Of a stretch of DNA of 60,314 bases, positions 17,362 to 26,966 are shown one piece after another (position 1 is the first letter of the stretch; each line of letters starts with the position of its first letter). The notes beneath the pieces were generated by a model. The model saw nothing but the letters and a program-made list of their open reading frames with translations, was not told the DNA's origin and did no database searches. The stretch covers positions 1 to 60,314 of the forward strand of contig DATGWN010000029.1 in NCBI GenBank assembly GCA_035299465.1, given 5' to 3'. Origin of the DNA: Acidobacteriota bacterium (GTDB taxonomy: Archaea > Nanobdellota > Nanobdellia > Woesearchaeales > DATGWN01). The position numbers were made by a program, and so were the translations under genes.

Positions 17362-18195
17362 TTAATTCACCTGCTCAGATGTTAATGGTAATATGTGCAC
17401 CATATCTAGTGATGTATTGGTTTTTGCCAATATGCCGACAACGACAACATCATTTCCAAAAAAGCCTCGAATGACATCACCAGGTTTGCTGAATAGCTTT
17501 TCCTCTTTCATGATCATAGCTTCATCATAACCGACTAAAAGCGGGCTATAAGTCACACCCGCTAAAACATCCATCTTATAGTTGTCTAATGATCCCTGCG
17601 TCAAAGAGAATGCCAGCTTGGGAGTAACATCAATCGTAACATTTGACTCGTTAGACATACTCGCGAACAATTCTTCAGGCATCAACGTATAGAATAACTT
17701 AGCCATTGAGTCATCTACAACCCTAACAAACAATCTATTCTGCTCCGCGGTCAACGATGCAAAATTGGAATCGCTTAAGAAGTGGAAATCATCGACTACA
17801 GTACCTGTTTTTTCCAATACTCCACCAATGATGACATCAGTGCCGAAAAATTCCGACAGCTTATCATTAGTAGTGTTAAAGAGTTTTTCAGACTTCATCA
17901 TAGCCGCCTCGGCAGATCCAATAACCACTGAATTATACTCAGGCACAGCATTTCCTTCCTGCACACGAAGCTTAGCCAAATCATTATTCTTTGCAAGGGC
18001 AAATATTTTCAAAACGCCCTCCGGAGTATATGCCGCTTTCAGTTGTAGATCACTTTTCAAAATATCGATCGCTTGCGGCGACATCACGTTAACAGAGGCA
18101 GGCACCCATAAAAAGTAAGCTAATGTACCTATCATCAAGAACGCCATCGTTAGTACAATCGATGTTTTGTTTTTTGAAAAGAATGTATCTGTCAT
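17362..18195 (-). CDS. membrane-anchored protein with an internally duplicated domain
   Basis: One N-terminal TM; repeats VVIGSAEAAMMKSEKLF...FFGTDVIIGGVLEKTGTVVDDFH and LLVGYDEAMIMKEEKLF...FFGNDVVVVGILAKTNTSLDMVH. Confidence 0.75.
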   Translation of the reverse strand: MTDTFFSKNKTSIVLTMAFLMIGTLAYFLWVPASVNVMSPQAIDILKSDLQLKAAYTPEGVLKIFALAKNNDLAKLRVQEGNAVPEYNSVVIGSAEAAMMKSEKLFNTTNDKLSEFFGTDVIIGGVLEKTGTVVDDFHFLSDSNFASLTAEQNRLFVRVVDDSMAKLFYTLMPEELFASMSNESNVTIDVTPKLAFSLTQGSLDNYKMDVLAGVTYSPLLVGYDEAMIMKEEKLFSKPGDVIRGFFGNDVVVVGILAKTNTSLDMVHILPLTSEQVN

Positions 18196-18214
18196 TTTGT
18201 TCCTCGCTTGTGAC

Positions 18215-18817
18215 TTATCTTCTACCACAACCACAGCCACCCATGCTACAACTTCCTCCAGTTGGCTCAGGTACTGATGCAATTTGTGCCGATACAGCTT
18301 GCTTATTTGCAAGGTCTATATCATCGACAACAATAAAGTTCCCCCGAATCATTCCCATACCGCAGCTGAAGGGTATTGTTCCGTTTTGAGTCGGCGTAAA
18401 CGTAATCGTCGTCTTTTCGCCTTGCGTTAGCTGCTGGTAAATATTATACGCGTAGACTTTGACATCGTTATTGCAACCGGTCAATTCCACGGCATCAATT
18501 ATCCATCGCACAGGAACGCCTGTCTTTAATACAAATGTTCGTGGCGAAAATCCTGAGCCGTCGGCGGTCATTTTGATTTCTTGAACACCATCCGCAGAAA
18601 GTGTCGCGGCCTGATCTACATTTTGCAGCGAGTAATCTCCACTAAACTGCACGTAAGGACTAGTTTGCAATTGCTCCGATTGATTTGGTTCGCGAAAAAG
18701 CAAAAAGCCCACTCCAAGTATAGTAACCATAATGATGGCAGTCATCAATATAATCGGTAATTTTGACTCAGTTTGCGTCACTTTTTTCACTTTTGTACGT
18801 TTTGTGTGTCCTTTCAT
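18215..18817 (-). CDS. membrane-anchored cupredoxin-domain protein with a Cys-rich tail
   Basis: FSPRTFVLKTGVPVRW, GC, FSCGMGM; C-terminal GGSCSMGGCGCG. Confidence 0.85.
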   Translation of the reverse strand: MKGHTKRTKVKKVTQTESKLPIILMTAIIMVTILGVGFLLFREPNQSEQLQTSPYVQFSGDYSLQNVDQAATLSADGVQEIKMTADGSGFSPRTFVLKTGVPVRWIIDAVELTGCNNDVKVYAYNIYQQLTQGEKTTITFTPTQNGTIPFSCGMGMIRGNFIVVDDIDLANKQAVSAQIASVPEPTGGSCSMGGCGCGRR

Positions 18818-18821
18818 CGGA

Positions 18822-21104
18822 TTAACCTTGATTAAGCTTAAGTCGTCGTAAAAGCAGCGAATTGCTCACCACGCTCACCGAACTTAATGCCATTGCGCCA
18901 CCGGCAATGATCGGCGACAATAGCCAACCCGTGGAATAATATAATGCGCCGGCAGCTACAGGAATACCTACCACGTTATAGATAAATGCCCAGAAAAAGT
19001 TCTGTCGTATTTTAGACATTGTTTTTCTGCTCAACATAATTGCTCGTGAAACATCAGTCAAATCATTTCGCATCAACACAATATTTCCGGATTCTAGTGC
19101 AACATCAGTTCCACTTCCCATGGCAATTCCGATGTCGGCTTGCGCTAAAGCAGGTGAATCGTTGATTCCGTCTCCGACCATCGCAACCTTGCCGTTCGCT
19201 TGGAGCTGCTTCACATATTTTGCCTTGTCTTCAGGCAATACTTGTGCAAAGATGTTCTCAATACCGGCTTGTTTTGCGATCGCCTTGGCGGTTCGCTCAT
19301 TATCTCCAGTAATCATGTAGACAGCGATTCCTTGCTTTTTGAGAGCAGCAACTGCAGAAGCGGATGATTCCTTAATCGTATCAGCCACAGCAATTATGCC
19401 GAGAACCTCTTTATTTGTTGCAAGCATCATTGCAGTTTTTCCTTCATTTTCCAATTTTTCAAGTGTAGTTTCAAGCAACGCAGTGGTTGGCAAACCCTGT
19501 TTATGGATCAATCGCATATTTCCGAAGAAATATTCTTGAGAACCTATTTTTGCGCTAATTCCGTGACCAGGAATCGCCTGAAAATGTGACACTTTATCCA
19601 AGACAACATTATTTTTTTTAGCGTGCGCTACGATGGATTCGGCCAATGGATGCTCAGAATGCTGTTCAATACTTGCGCCGATTTCTAAAATTTGTTGAGT
19701 CGTCTTTTTACCCAACGGTACAATGTCAGTCAAAACCGGTTTTCCGTGAGTAATTGTTCCCGTCTTGTCAAAAACGACGTACTTGAGCTTATGAGCAGAC
19801 TCTAATGCATCTGCTCCTTTAATCAAGATGCCGTGTTTTGCTCCAACGCCAGTACCAACCATTATGGCAGTAGGTGTTGCAAGGCCCAATGCGCAAGGGC
19901 AAGCGATGACAAGAATTGAGACTGCTATGATTAATGCAAAAGATACACCCAGCGGCGTAAACCAATTCCAGTATACGAATGCGCCAGTCGCAATTATGAG
20001 TACTGCTGGGACAAAATAACCGGAGATTATGTCCGCAATACGCTCGATAGGAGCTTTCTTTCCTTGCGCATCTTCAATCAATTTGATTATTCTCGAGAGT
20101 GTCGTTTGTGCGCCAACGCTCGTGGCTTTAAATTTAAAACTTCCAAATTTGTTTATAGTACCGCCAATAATCTTGTCGCCCTTGTTTTTTTCCACCGGTA
20201 TGCTTTCGCCAGTGATCATACTCTCGTCAATGCTCGTTTTACCTTCAATCAAAACACCGTCAACTGGAACTCGTGCGCCAGGTTTTACAAGCACAATATC
20301 CCCGACAAGAACATCATCAATCGAGATCGTCATTTCCACGCCATTTCTGACCACGTCTGCAGTCTTAGGAGCAAGACTCATCAATTTCTTGATGGCATCT
20401 GACGTCTTACCTTTTGCAGTGAGTTCTAATAATTTACCTAACAAGATTAGCGTCAGAATTGTCGATGCCGCTTCAAAATATTGACCGGCCATGCCATCGG
20501 TGAAGAACAATACGTATATGCTGTAAAAATATGCCGCACTCGTACCTATTGCGATAAGACTATCCATGTTAAAGGACTTATTCTTAAGAGCCATCCATGC
20601 GCCACTATAAAATCGCGCTCCAACAATGAATTGAACGGGCGTCGTCAAGACAAATAATAAAAATATAGACTTGGGCAACTCATAACCAAAATAAAAAAGA
20701 CCATCCTTCATGAAAACCATGCCGATTATGAATGCAGGTACGGAAAATATGAGACTGAACCAAAATAATTTCTTTAGATCTTCAATTTCCTGTTTCTGGC
20801 GTAGTTCCTTTAAATCGTGCGCGCTAATCTTAGGTTGAGTTTGGGACACTGGAGCAACGATAGTTTGTGCAGGTGTGGTAGGTAAAACATCGGTAAGAAC
20901 AGTTGCACTATATCCTTTTGATTCAATCGCATTTACAAGCGCAGAAATGTTGATCTTAGAGTCATCCATAGTAACCGTTGCTTGTTCCGTCCCATAATTG
21001 ACGCTTGCCGTTTTTACACCATCCACTTTTTGTAACGATCGTGTAATTATAGCTGAGCAACTTGCACAATGCATCCCGCCTACCGATATTTGTATTTCTT
21101 TCAT
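18822..21104 (-). CDS. copA: Cu(I)-translocating P1B-type ATPase
   Basis: GMHCASC, TGES, CPC, DKTGT, EHPL, GDGIND, YN and MALSS motifs. Confidence 0.97.
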   Translation of the reverse strand: MKEIQISVGGMHCASCSAIITRSLQKVDGVKTASVNYGTEQATVTMDDSKINISALVNAIESKGYSATVLTDVLPTTPAQTIVAPVSQTQPKISAHDLKELRQKQEIEDLKKLFWFSLIFSVPAFIIGMVFMKDGLFYFGYELPKSIFLLFVLTTPVQFIVGARFYSGAWMALKNKSFNMDSLIAIGTSAAYFYSIYVLFFTDGMAGQYFEAASTILTLILLGKLLELTAKGKTSDAIKKLMSLAPKTADVVRNGVEMTISIDDVLVGDIVLVKPGARVPVDGVLIEGKTSIDESMITGESIPVEKNKGDKIIGGTINKFGSFKFKATSVGAQTTLSRIIKLIEDAQGKKAPIERIADIISGYFVPAVLIIATGAFVYWNWFTPLGVSFALIIAVSILVIACPCALGLATPTAIMVGTGVGAKHGILIKGADALESAHKLKYVVFDKTGTITHGKPVLTDIVPLGKKTTQQILEIGASIEQHSEHPLAESIVAHAKKNNVVLDKVSHFQAIPGHGISAKIGSQEYFFGNMRLIHKQGLPTTALLETTLEKLENEGKTAMMLATNKEVLGIIAVADTIKESSASAVAALKKQGIAVYMITGDNERTAKAIAKQAGIENIFAQVLPEDKAKYVKQLQANGKVAMVGDGINDSPALAQADIGIAMGSGTDVALESGNIVLMRNDLTDVSRAIMLSRKTMSKIRQNFFWAFIYNVVGIPVAAGALYYSTGWLLSPIIAGGAMALSSVSVVSNSLLLRRLKLNQG

Positions 21105-21120
21105 GTGTCCCGTAACCGCC

Positions 21121-21348
21121 TTATTTCTCAGTAATCTTATAGTCGCCGGCGCTTTTCACTAGTGCTATTATATCAGCAGCAGGCTTTACTGCATCAACCA
21201 CCAAAACACCCGTCTGTTTTTTTGTATCAATGTCAAATTTTGAAACTTTGACGCCTTCGTCCTGCAATATATCAGTAATCAATATTTTACAGCTCGGACA
21301 ATGTACGCCAGTGACATCAAATGTCAGTTTCGTCATAGTTTTACTCAT
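21121..21348 (-). CDS. heavy-metal-associated (CopZ-like) chaperone
   Basis: 75-aa HMA domain with GVHCPSC. Confidence 0.88.
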   Translation of the reverse strand: MSKTMTKLTFDVTGVHCPSCKILITDILQDEGVKVSKFDIDTKKQTGVLVVDAVKPAADIIALVKSAGDYKITEK

Positions 21349-21677
21349 CGTTTTATCTCCTTGCGTTTTTTCTTCTCTTCGACGACATGCATGCAATAAT
21401 TATTGACATGAACGTTCATGAGTTTGAACAACGGTTCAATCGTTGTCTTATTCAGACTGTACACGCGCTCTTTGCCATTTTTTCGGACAGTCACAAATCC
21501 GCATTCAGTAAGTCTACTCAGACTATGCGAAATACTTGTTTGATCGTAATCTAATTGGGACACAATATTGGATACATTGGATTCTCCCTTAACTAAAATA
21601 TTCAATATTTCTAATCGAATTTGATTCGCTAAAGTGCCGAAGAATTGGCGGTAGGGTTGTTTTAGTGCTGTTTTCAT
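21345..21677 (-). CDS. ArsR/SmtB family metal-sensing repressor
   Basis: LANQIRLEILNIL, QTSISHSLSRL, RKNGKERVYSL; C-terminal HVNNYCMH. Confidence 0.92.
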   Translation of the reverse strand: MKTALKQPYRQFFGTLANQIRLEILNILVKGESNVSNIVSQLDYDQTSISHSLSRLTECGFVTVRKNGKERVYSLNKTTIEPLFKLMNVHVNNYCMHVVEEKKKRKEIKR

Positions 21678-21715
21678 GTTTCTGCTCGTAATTTCTCAAT
21701 AATATCTAGCCCAAT

Positions 21716-21735
21716 ATATGTTAATAGTAGCACAT
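21716..21735. promoter_or_regulatory. candidate ArsR-family operator ATATG-N10-CACAT
   Basis: Near-palindrome lying between the TATA (CTTTATAAG, minus strand, about 21749-21757) and the arsR start. Confidence 0.45.
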
Positions 21736-21893
21736 GATATTACTGACACTTATAAAGTTTATGCAACTTCCAGTCCTGGATCGCGTTAAACGCTTCGCAT
21801 TAGACACTTCAGCGGCCAAAAAAAGCTTAAAGTTTAAATTTCCAAATCGCCAAAAGAAATATTTATATAGAAAAAAACAATTGAAATCGTTAA

Positions 21894-22499
21894 ATGGTTA
21901 TATTAGAATTGGGGGATCTTAAATCAGTCTATCGCTGTGCAGTAGAACAGCAAGAAGAATCAGAATTTGCGCAGCGCGTCGATTTTAACGACATCGCCCA
22001 ATTACCTATCAATCTATGCGTCAACTACGGCACGGGAAATATATTCCTGCCTCGACCGATGCACCACTTCGCAAGCGAGCTTTCAATCACACCAGACAAT
22101 TTCTTCGGCACATTTTACTTACAAATATCAAAAGATGAAAAGACGTGGAATAATTCTGGCCTGCACGTGATGAAGACATATGACACTTTCCAAGGCATCT
22201 CAAAACGTCTACGAAGACAAAAAAGGCACAAATTCGAATCACTTGACAACGAATTGGCATTCATGCAAGGACAAGACATCAAATACGCTCTTAGTGTCGA
22301 CGAAGGCAGCGAAACGATTGATTTTGCATTCGGGCATGCCGGCACAATGACGCAAATAGCAGAAGATTTCACCGATTTAGGCAAAAAGTTGCACGACGTC
22401 ATAAAAACCTACGAACATATCATCAATTGCGCGTACAAAAAGCCAAATCCGATTCGCCTATTCGTCCAATACAAACCCTTATTTGACGAAGAATTCTAA
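21894..22499 (+). CDS. hypothetical protein
   Basis: 201-aa ORF with an ATTTATATA promoter; no family recognised. Confidence 0.7.
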   Translation: MVILELGDLKSVYRCAVEQQEESEFAQRVDFNDIAQLPINLCVNYGTGNIFLPRPMHHFASELSITPDNFFGTFYLQISKDEKTWNNSGLHVMKTYDTFQGISKRLRRQKRHKFESLDNELAFMQGQDIKYALSVDEGSETIDFAFGHAGTMTQIAEDFTDLGKKLHDVIKTYEHIINCAYKKPNPIRLFVQYKPLFDEEF

Positions 22500-22534
22500 A
22501 CCTTTTTAAGCCAAATCCATACCCCATTTATAAG

Positions 22535-23590
22535 ATGAAAATAGCATGTCTTGTCAGCGGCGGAGTTGATAGTTCAGTAGCTTTGCGCCTATTAAAAGAC
22601 GAAGGACACGATATAACGGCGTTTTATCTAAAAATCTGGCTCGAAGACGAACTCTCGTATCTTGGTGATTGCCCATGGCAAGAAGACCTCTCATATGTCG
22701 AAGCCGTTTGTAAACAAGCCAATGTACCTCTCAAAGTCCTCAATCTCCAAAAAGAATACTTTGATCTCGTCGTAAAATACGCGATAAAGGAAGTAGAAGC
22801 CGGAAGAACGCCAAACCCGGACATGTTCTGTAATTTTCGCGTAAAATTCGGTGCATTCTACAACGCAATCGATGATTCGTTCGATAAAATAGCGACCGGC
22901 CACTACGCAGACATTGAGGAGAAAGACGGCGTATTCTATCTCAAGCGAGTCCCAGACCAAATCAAAGATCAAACATATTTCCTGGCCCACCTCACGCAAA
23001 AACAACTCAGTAAAGCATTATTCCCTATCGGCAGATACAAGAAAACAGAGGTCCGTGAACTAGCCAAAAAATACGACCTGCCCAACAAAGACAGAAAAGA
23101 CAGTCAAGGCATCTGCTTCCTAGGAAAAATAAAATACAACGATTTTCTCAAACACTATTTTGGCGAAAAACCCGGCGACATCATCGATGTCAAGACGAAA
23201 AAGAAAGTCGGAACGCACAAAGGATATTACTATCACACTCTGGGACAACGAAAAGGCATGGGACTCGGTCACGGCCCTTGGTATGTCGTGTCTAAAGATC
23301 CACAAAAGAACATAGTCTATATCTCCAACGAATACAAAGACGTTCCGCGAAATGAATTCTATGTCAATGAATTGAATCTGCCGTCAGGACCACTCCCAAA
23401 AGAACATCTCAAAGTCAAAGTCCGCCATGGTCAGCAAGTCTATCGTGCAACAGTCTCAGAAGTCAAAAACGGCATCTACAAAGTACACATCGAAGGGCAG
23501 GATCAAGGATTAGCACCAGGCCAGTTCTGTGTATTCTATGACGACGTTTATTGCTACGGTTGTGCGACTATTATTGATTACGAAGACTAA
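22535..23590 (+). CDS. mnmA: tRNA 2-thiouridine(34) synthase MnmA (bacterial type)
   Basis: SGGVDS PP-loop, TPNPDMFCN, ATGHYA, KDQTYFL, DSQGICF, GQRKG, APGQ. Confidence 0.96.
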   Translation: MKIACLVSGGVDSSVALRLLKDEGHDITAFYLKIWLEDELSYLGDCPWQEDLSYVEAVCKQANVPLKVLNLQKEYFDLVVKYAIKEVEAGRTPNPDMFCNFRVKFGAFYNAIDDSFDKIATGHYADIEEKDGVFYLKRVPDQIKDQTYFLAHLTQKQLSKALFPIGRYKKTEVRELAKKYDLPNKDRKDSQGICFLGKIKYNDFLKHYFGEKPGDIIDVKTKKKVGTHKGYYYHTLGQRKGMGLGHGPWYVVSKDPQKNIVYISNEYKDVPRNEFYVNELNLPSGPLPKEHLKVKVRHGQQVYRATVSEVKNGIYKVHIEGQDQGLAPGQFCVFYDDVYCYGCATIIDYED

Positions 23591-23609
23591 AAACGAGCTC
23601 GGCGCAGCC

Positions 23610-24344
23610 CTACTTTTCTAAAATCCAGCCATACCCGCGAGATTCGAGCTGATCAACCAACGAACCGTCACCAGAAAGCGCAATCTTACCGTCGATAACT
23701 ACAGCAATAGTATCGGGTCGAACATATTCAAGAATACGTTTGTAATGAGTAATAAGCAAGACAGACTTTGAAGCGTCTTTCCACACGTTGACACCAGCCG
23801 AAACAGCGCGAAGCGCGTCGATATCAAGACCGGAATCTGTTTCGTCAAGTATAGCCAAAGATGGATTCAAGACAGACAACTGCAGGATCTCGCATCTTTT
23901 CTTCTCACCGCCAGAAAAACCCTCGTTGAGCGATCGATCCAAGAATTTCTTATCCATTCCAAGCAAAGCCATTTTTGATTCTAATAATTTGCGAAACTCA
24001 AGAACGGATAGTTTTGGAGTATGGATTGCGTTGTACGCAGTGCGAAGGAAATGCGAAATGCCAACACCAGATATTTCTGATGGATATTGAAACGACAAGA
24101 AAAGACCAAGCTTAGCTCGTTCATCGGCACTCAGGCCGACAATTTCCGTGCCGTTATATCGAATCGAACCGGATGTGACAACGTACTTTGGGTGCCCCAT
24201 CAAAACCGACGCAAGCGTAGATTTTCCAGATCCGTTTGGACCCATCAATGCGCAAATCTTTCCAGATGCCAGCGTCAGAGAAAAACCTTTCAAAATTTCC
24301 TTTCCTTCTACAGTTACGTGAAGATCTTTGATTTCTAATGTCAT
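23610..24344 (-). CDS. sufC: Fe-S assembly ABC ATPase SufC
   Basis: MGPNGSGKST, FLSFQYPSEI, NEGFSGGEKKR, LDETDSGLDIDA; ATGA-coupled to the upstream gene. Confidence 0.96.
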   Translation of the reverse strand: MTLEIKDLHVTVEGKEILKGFSLTLASGKICALMGPNGSGKSTLASVLMGHPKYVVTSGSIRYNGTEIVGLSADERAKLGLFLSFQYPSEISGVGISHFLRTAYNAIHTPKLSVLEFRKLLESKMALLGMDKKFLDRSLNEGFSGGEKKRCEILQLSVLNPSLAILDETDSGLDIDALRAVSAGVNVWKDASKSVLLITHYKRILEYVRPDTIAVVIDGKIALSGDGSLVDQLESRGYGWILEK

Positions 24345-24736
24345 TGTGATACCTTTGGAGAAGTGGAAGAAGGCGTCAACGCATCCTGCGTTATTTCCAG
24401 CGCAAGTAATGCGCATTTGAGCCGCGCCGCACTAACGGGAATTCCCAGTAGCGCAAGCATTTCATCAGAAGAAATACCAAGCGCAGTGTGGATACTCATA
24501 CCTTTCACTTTCTCAGTAATCAAGGACGCGCCAGCTGTTGATATAGCACATCCCGATCCAGCGAATTTAGCGTCGACGATAATTCCATCTTTCACCAAAA
24601 ATTGAATAGTGAATCCATCACCGCAGGAAGGATTTTCTTTGTGAGCCTGATGAGTGTGATGCGCGATAGAACCTTTATTGAGTGGATGCTTATACAAATC
24701 CAAAATCTGTTCCTTATACATGTCGTAATTACTCAT
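24341..24736 (-). CDS. sufU: U-type Fe-S scaffold/sulfur-transfer protein (SufU/IscU family)
   Basis: NPSCGD, GCAIS and RLKCAL give three conserved Cys plus Asp. Confidence 0.92.
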   Translation of the reverse strand: MSNYDMYKEQILDLYKHPLNKGSIAHHTHQAHKENPSCGDGFTIQFLVKDGIIVDAKFAGSGCAISTAGASLITEKVKGMSIHTALGISSDEMLALLGIPVSAARLKCALLALEITQDALTPSSTSPKVSQ

Positions 24737-25959
24737 TGTCGCCCCGCAAACAATGCAACGATTTTCTTAAGACTGTCAACGAGCTGATCAACCATCTGCG
24801 TTGTCGTTTCGTGATGAAAACTGACGCGCGCAGTTGAATTCACGCCGATGACTGTCGACAATGGCATTGCACAATGATGTCCTGCCCGTACGCAAATAGA
24901 ATCGTTTCCCAAAAGGGACGCGATGTCATGCGCATGCACTCCGTCCAATGTAAAGCTGATGATGCCTATACATTTGTGAGCCGGACCGCAATAGAAACGC
25001 AGTCCTTTCACCGTCATCAGTTGCTCTCGCGCATACAACGACAATTGCTGTTCCCACGAGTGTATATCATCAAGTCCAATCGTCTGTAGATAACCAACAG
25101 CAGCTGCGAGACCTATCGCTTCGACAATCGGCGCAGTGCCCGCCTCAAACCGCGCAGGAATTCCTGCCCACGTTGCGTCCGTTTTTGAAACCGTCTGAAT
25201 CATATGTCCACCGTAAAAGAACGGAGGCAACTTCTCAAGCAATTGCTTACGACCGTATAAAACGCCGATACCAGTTGGACCACAGAGTTTGTGACCGCTA
25301 AAGACGTAAAAATCACAACCAATTGCGTAGACGTCAACTGGCATATGTGCTACCGCCTGAGCACCGTCTACGACCGTCACGATGAATTTATCCTTCGCCA
25401 TCCGACAGAGTTTTGTGACGTCTTGTATTGTGCCAAGTACATTTGACACATGAGAGAAGGCAAACAACGCTACGCTATCGTCTAACTTTCTTTTTGCATC
25501 TTCCATATCTAACTGGAAGTCGTTAGTGATGCGAACAAAATCTATAGTGAAACCGTGCCGTTTCGCAAACTGTTGCCAAGGAACAATATTTGCATGGTGT
25601 TCTAATTCAGTCAAGAGGATTTTTCGCCGTCCGTATGGCAAAAGCGAAAGAATACTAAGAGCCAGTTTGTTGATACCATCGGTCGTCCCAGAAGTAAAAA
25701 TAATCTCTTCAGAACGTGCACCAATGAAATGTGCGATTTTTTGACGTGAAAACTCAAACTGCGTCGTGGCATCTTCCGATAATTTATACAGTCCACGGTG
25801 TACATTTGCGTACGACGAACGATAGAATGAATCCATCGCGGATAAAACTATTTTTGGTTTTTGAGAACTTGCAGCATGATCTAAATAGACCAGACGTTCA
25901 TTATGCGTCAATAGTGGGAAGTCTGAGCGGAAAGCCGCTGCGCGTTCGTTTGTTATCAT
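24733..25959 (-). CDS. sufS: class II cysteine desulfurase SufS
   Basis: YLDHAASSQKP, DGAQ, SGHKLCGPTG, FEAGT, RAGHHCA. Confidence 0.96.
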   Translation of the reverse strand: MITNERAAAFRSDFPLLTHNERLVYLDHAASSQKPKIVLSAMDSFYRSSYANVHRGLYKLSEDATTQFEFSRQKIAHFIGARSEEIIFTSGTTDGINKLALSILSLLPYGRRKILLTELEHHANIVPWQQFAKRHGFTIDFVRITNDFQLDMEDAKRKLDDSVALFAFSHVSNVLGTIQDVTKLCRMAKDKFIVTVVDGAQAVAHMPVDVYAIGCDFYVFSGHKLCGPTGIGVLYGRKQLLEKLPPFFYGGHMIQTVSKTDATWAGIPARFEAGTAPIVEAIGLAAAVGYLQTIGLDDIHSWEQQLSLYAREQLMTVKGLRFYCGPAHKCIGIISFTLDGVHAHDIASLLGNDSICVRAGHHCAMPLSTVIGVNSTARVSFHHETTTQMVDQLVDSLKKIVALFAGRQ

Positions 25960-26966
25960 TTTCCTTGCAAAGGATCTAAATCCTGTGCCTCCTGTGCCTG
26001 GTAAAGTCGTTCTGTAATCGTTGCCGAAGTCTTGCATTGCACATCAAGTGGCGTATGCATTAAAGTCTGAGCCAGCAAGCCCTCGACTAACAATGCAATC
26101 GCCTGTGCACGATTCATACCGCGGCTTTGCATATAATAAATGTGCTCTTCGTCTAGATGCCCTACGCTTGAACCGTGGCTGCATTTGACATCGTGATTAT
26201 GAATCTCTAAATTAGGAATCGCATCTGCTTCGGCAGTCTGGGAAAACAAAAGAGCTTCTTGTTTTTCGTATCCTTCGCTGCCGTTCGCATGCTGTCCAAT
26301 CTTCACAAGACTTCGCGAAACCGATTTAGCATTGCCAAACACTAATGCCCGCGCAAGAATATCGCTTTTTGTGAATGCCGCTGCGTGGAAAGACTCCGTG
26401 AACAGATCTTGCTGTGAATTACCTTGCAGAACGCTTGCTGCGTGGATATAGGCGCTTGCACCGGCCGAGTTCAAATGATTAATGATAGACTGTTCACTAA
26501 ATCCTCGACTCAAGTCAAGCATATGTATCGTAACGCTCGCATCTTTTGCGATATCTGATTGTAGCAACGAGAAAATGTGAGAGTGCACCGCGGAATCGGC
26601 CACAATAGTAACGAATGCGTTTGAACCAGCGTTAGCAGTGATTCGTTGTGTGACTGCGTATGAACCTTGGACTGAAAGCAGAATCGTCAACGACACAGTT
26701 GCATTTTCTGGAATCACCCACTCAATCTGGTCGACACATAAGCCTAACGCATCCAGCGAAGCAACAATTGTTGGACTGGAACAAACGATTCGTCGAACTG
26801 GATGAAGAGTGAATTCCGATTTGTGATCAAACGTATCTTGCGCACCTAATCCATGCAAAGTCAACGCAGCCGACGTACACCGAGAAAAGTCGACTATTGG
26901 TCGATTCAAGGATATGGTAAGACCGTGTTTGACTAGTTCCGTCTGCTCGTGATTGTCCGTGCTCAT
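25956..26966 (-). CDS. sufD: SufD family protein
   Basis: AEADAIPNLEIHNHDVKCSHGSSVG...YMQSRGM; N-terminus divergent. Confidence 0.9.
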   Translation of the reverse strand: MSTDNHEQTELVKHGLTISLNRPIVDFSRCTSAALTLHGLGAQDTFDHKSEFTLHPVRRIVCSSPTIVASLDALGLCVDQIEWVIPENATVSLTILLSVQGSYAVTQRITANAGSNAFVTIVADSAVHSHIFSLLQSDIAKDASVTIHMLDLSRGFSEQSIINHLNSAGASAYIHAASVLQGNSQQDLFTESFHAAAFTKSDILARALVFGNAKSVSRSLVKIGQHANGSEGYEKQEALLFSQTAEADAIPNLEIHNHDVKCSHGSSVGHLDEEHIYYMQSRGMNRAQAIALLVEGLLAQTLMHTPLDVQCKTSATITERLYQAQEAQDLDPLQGK

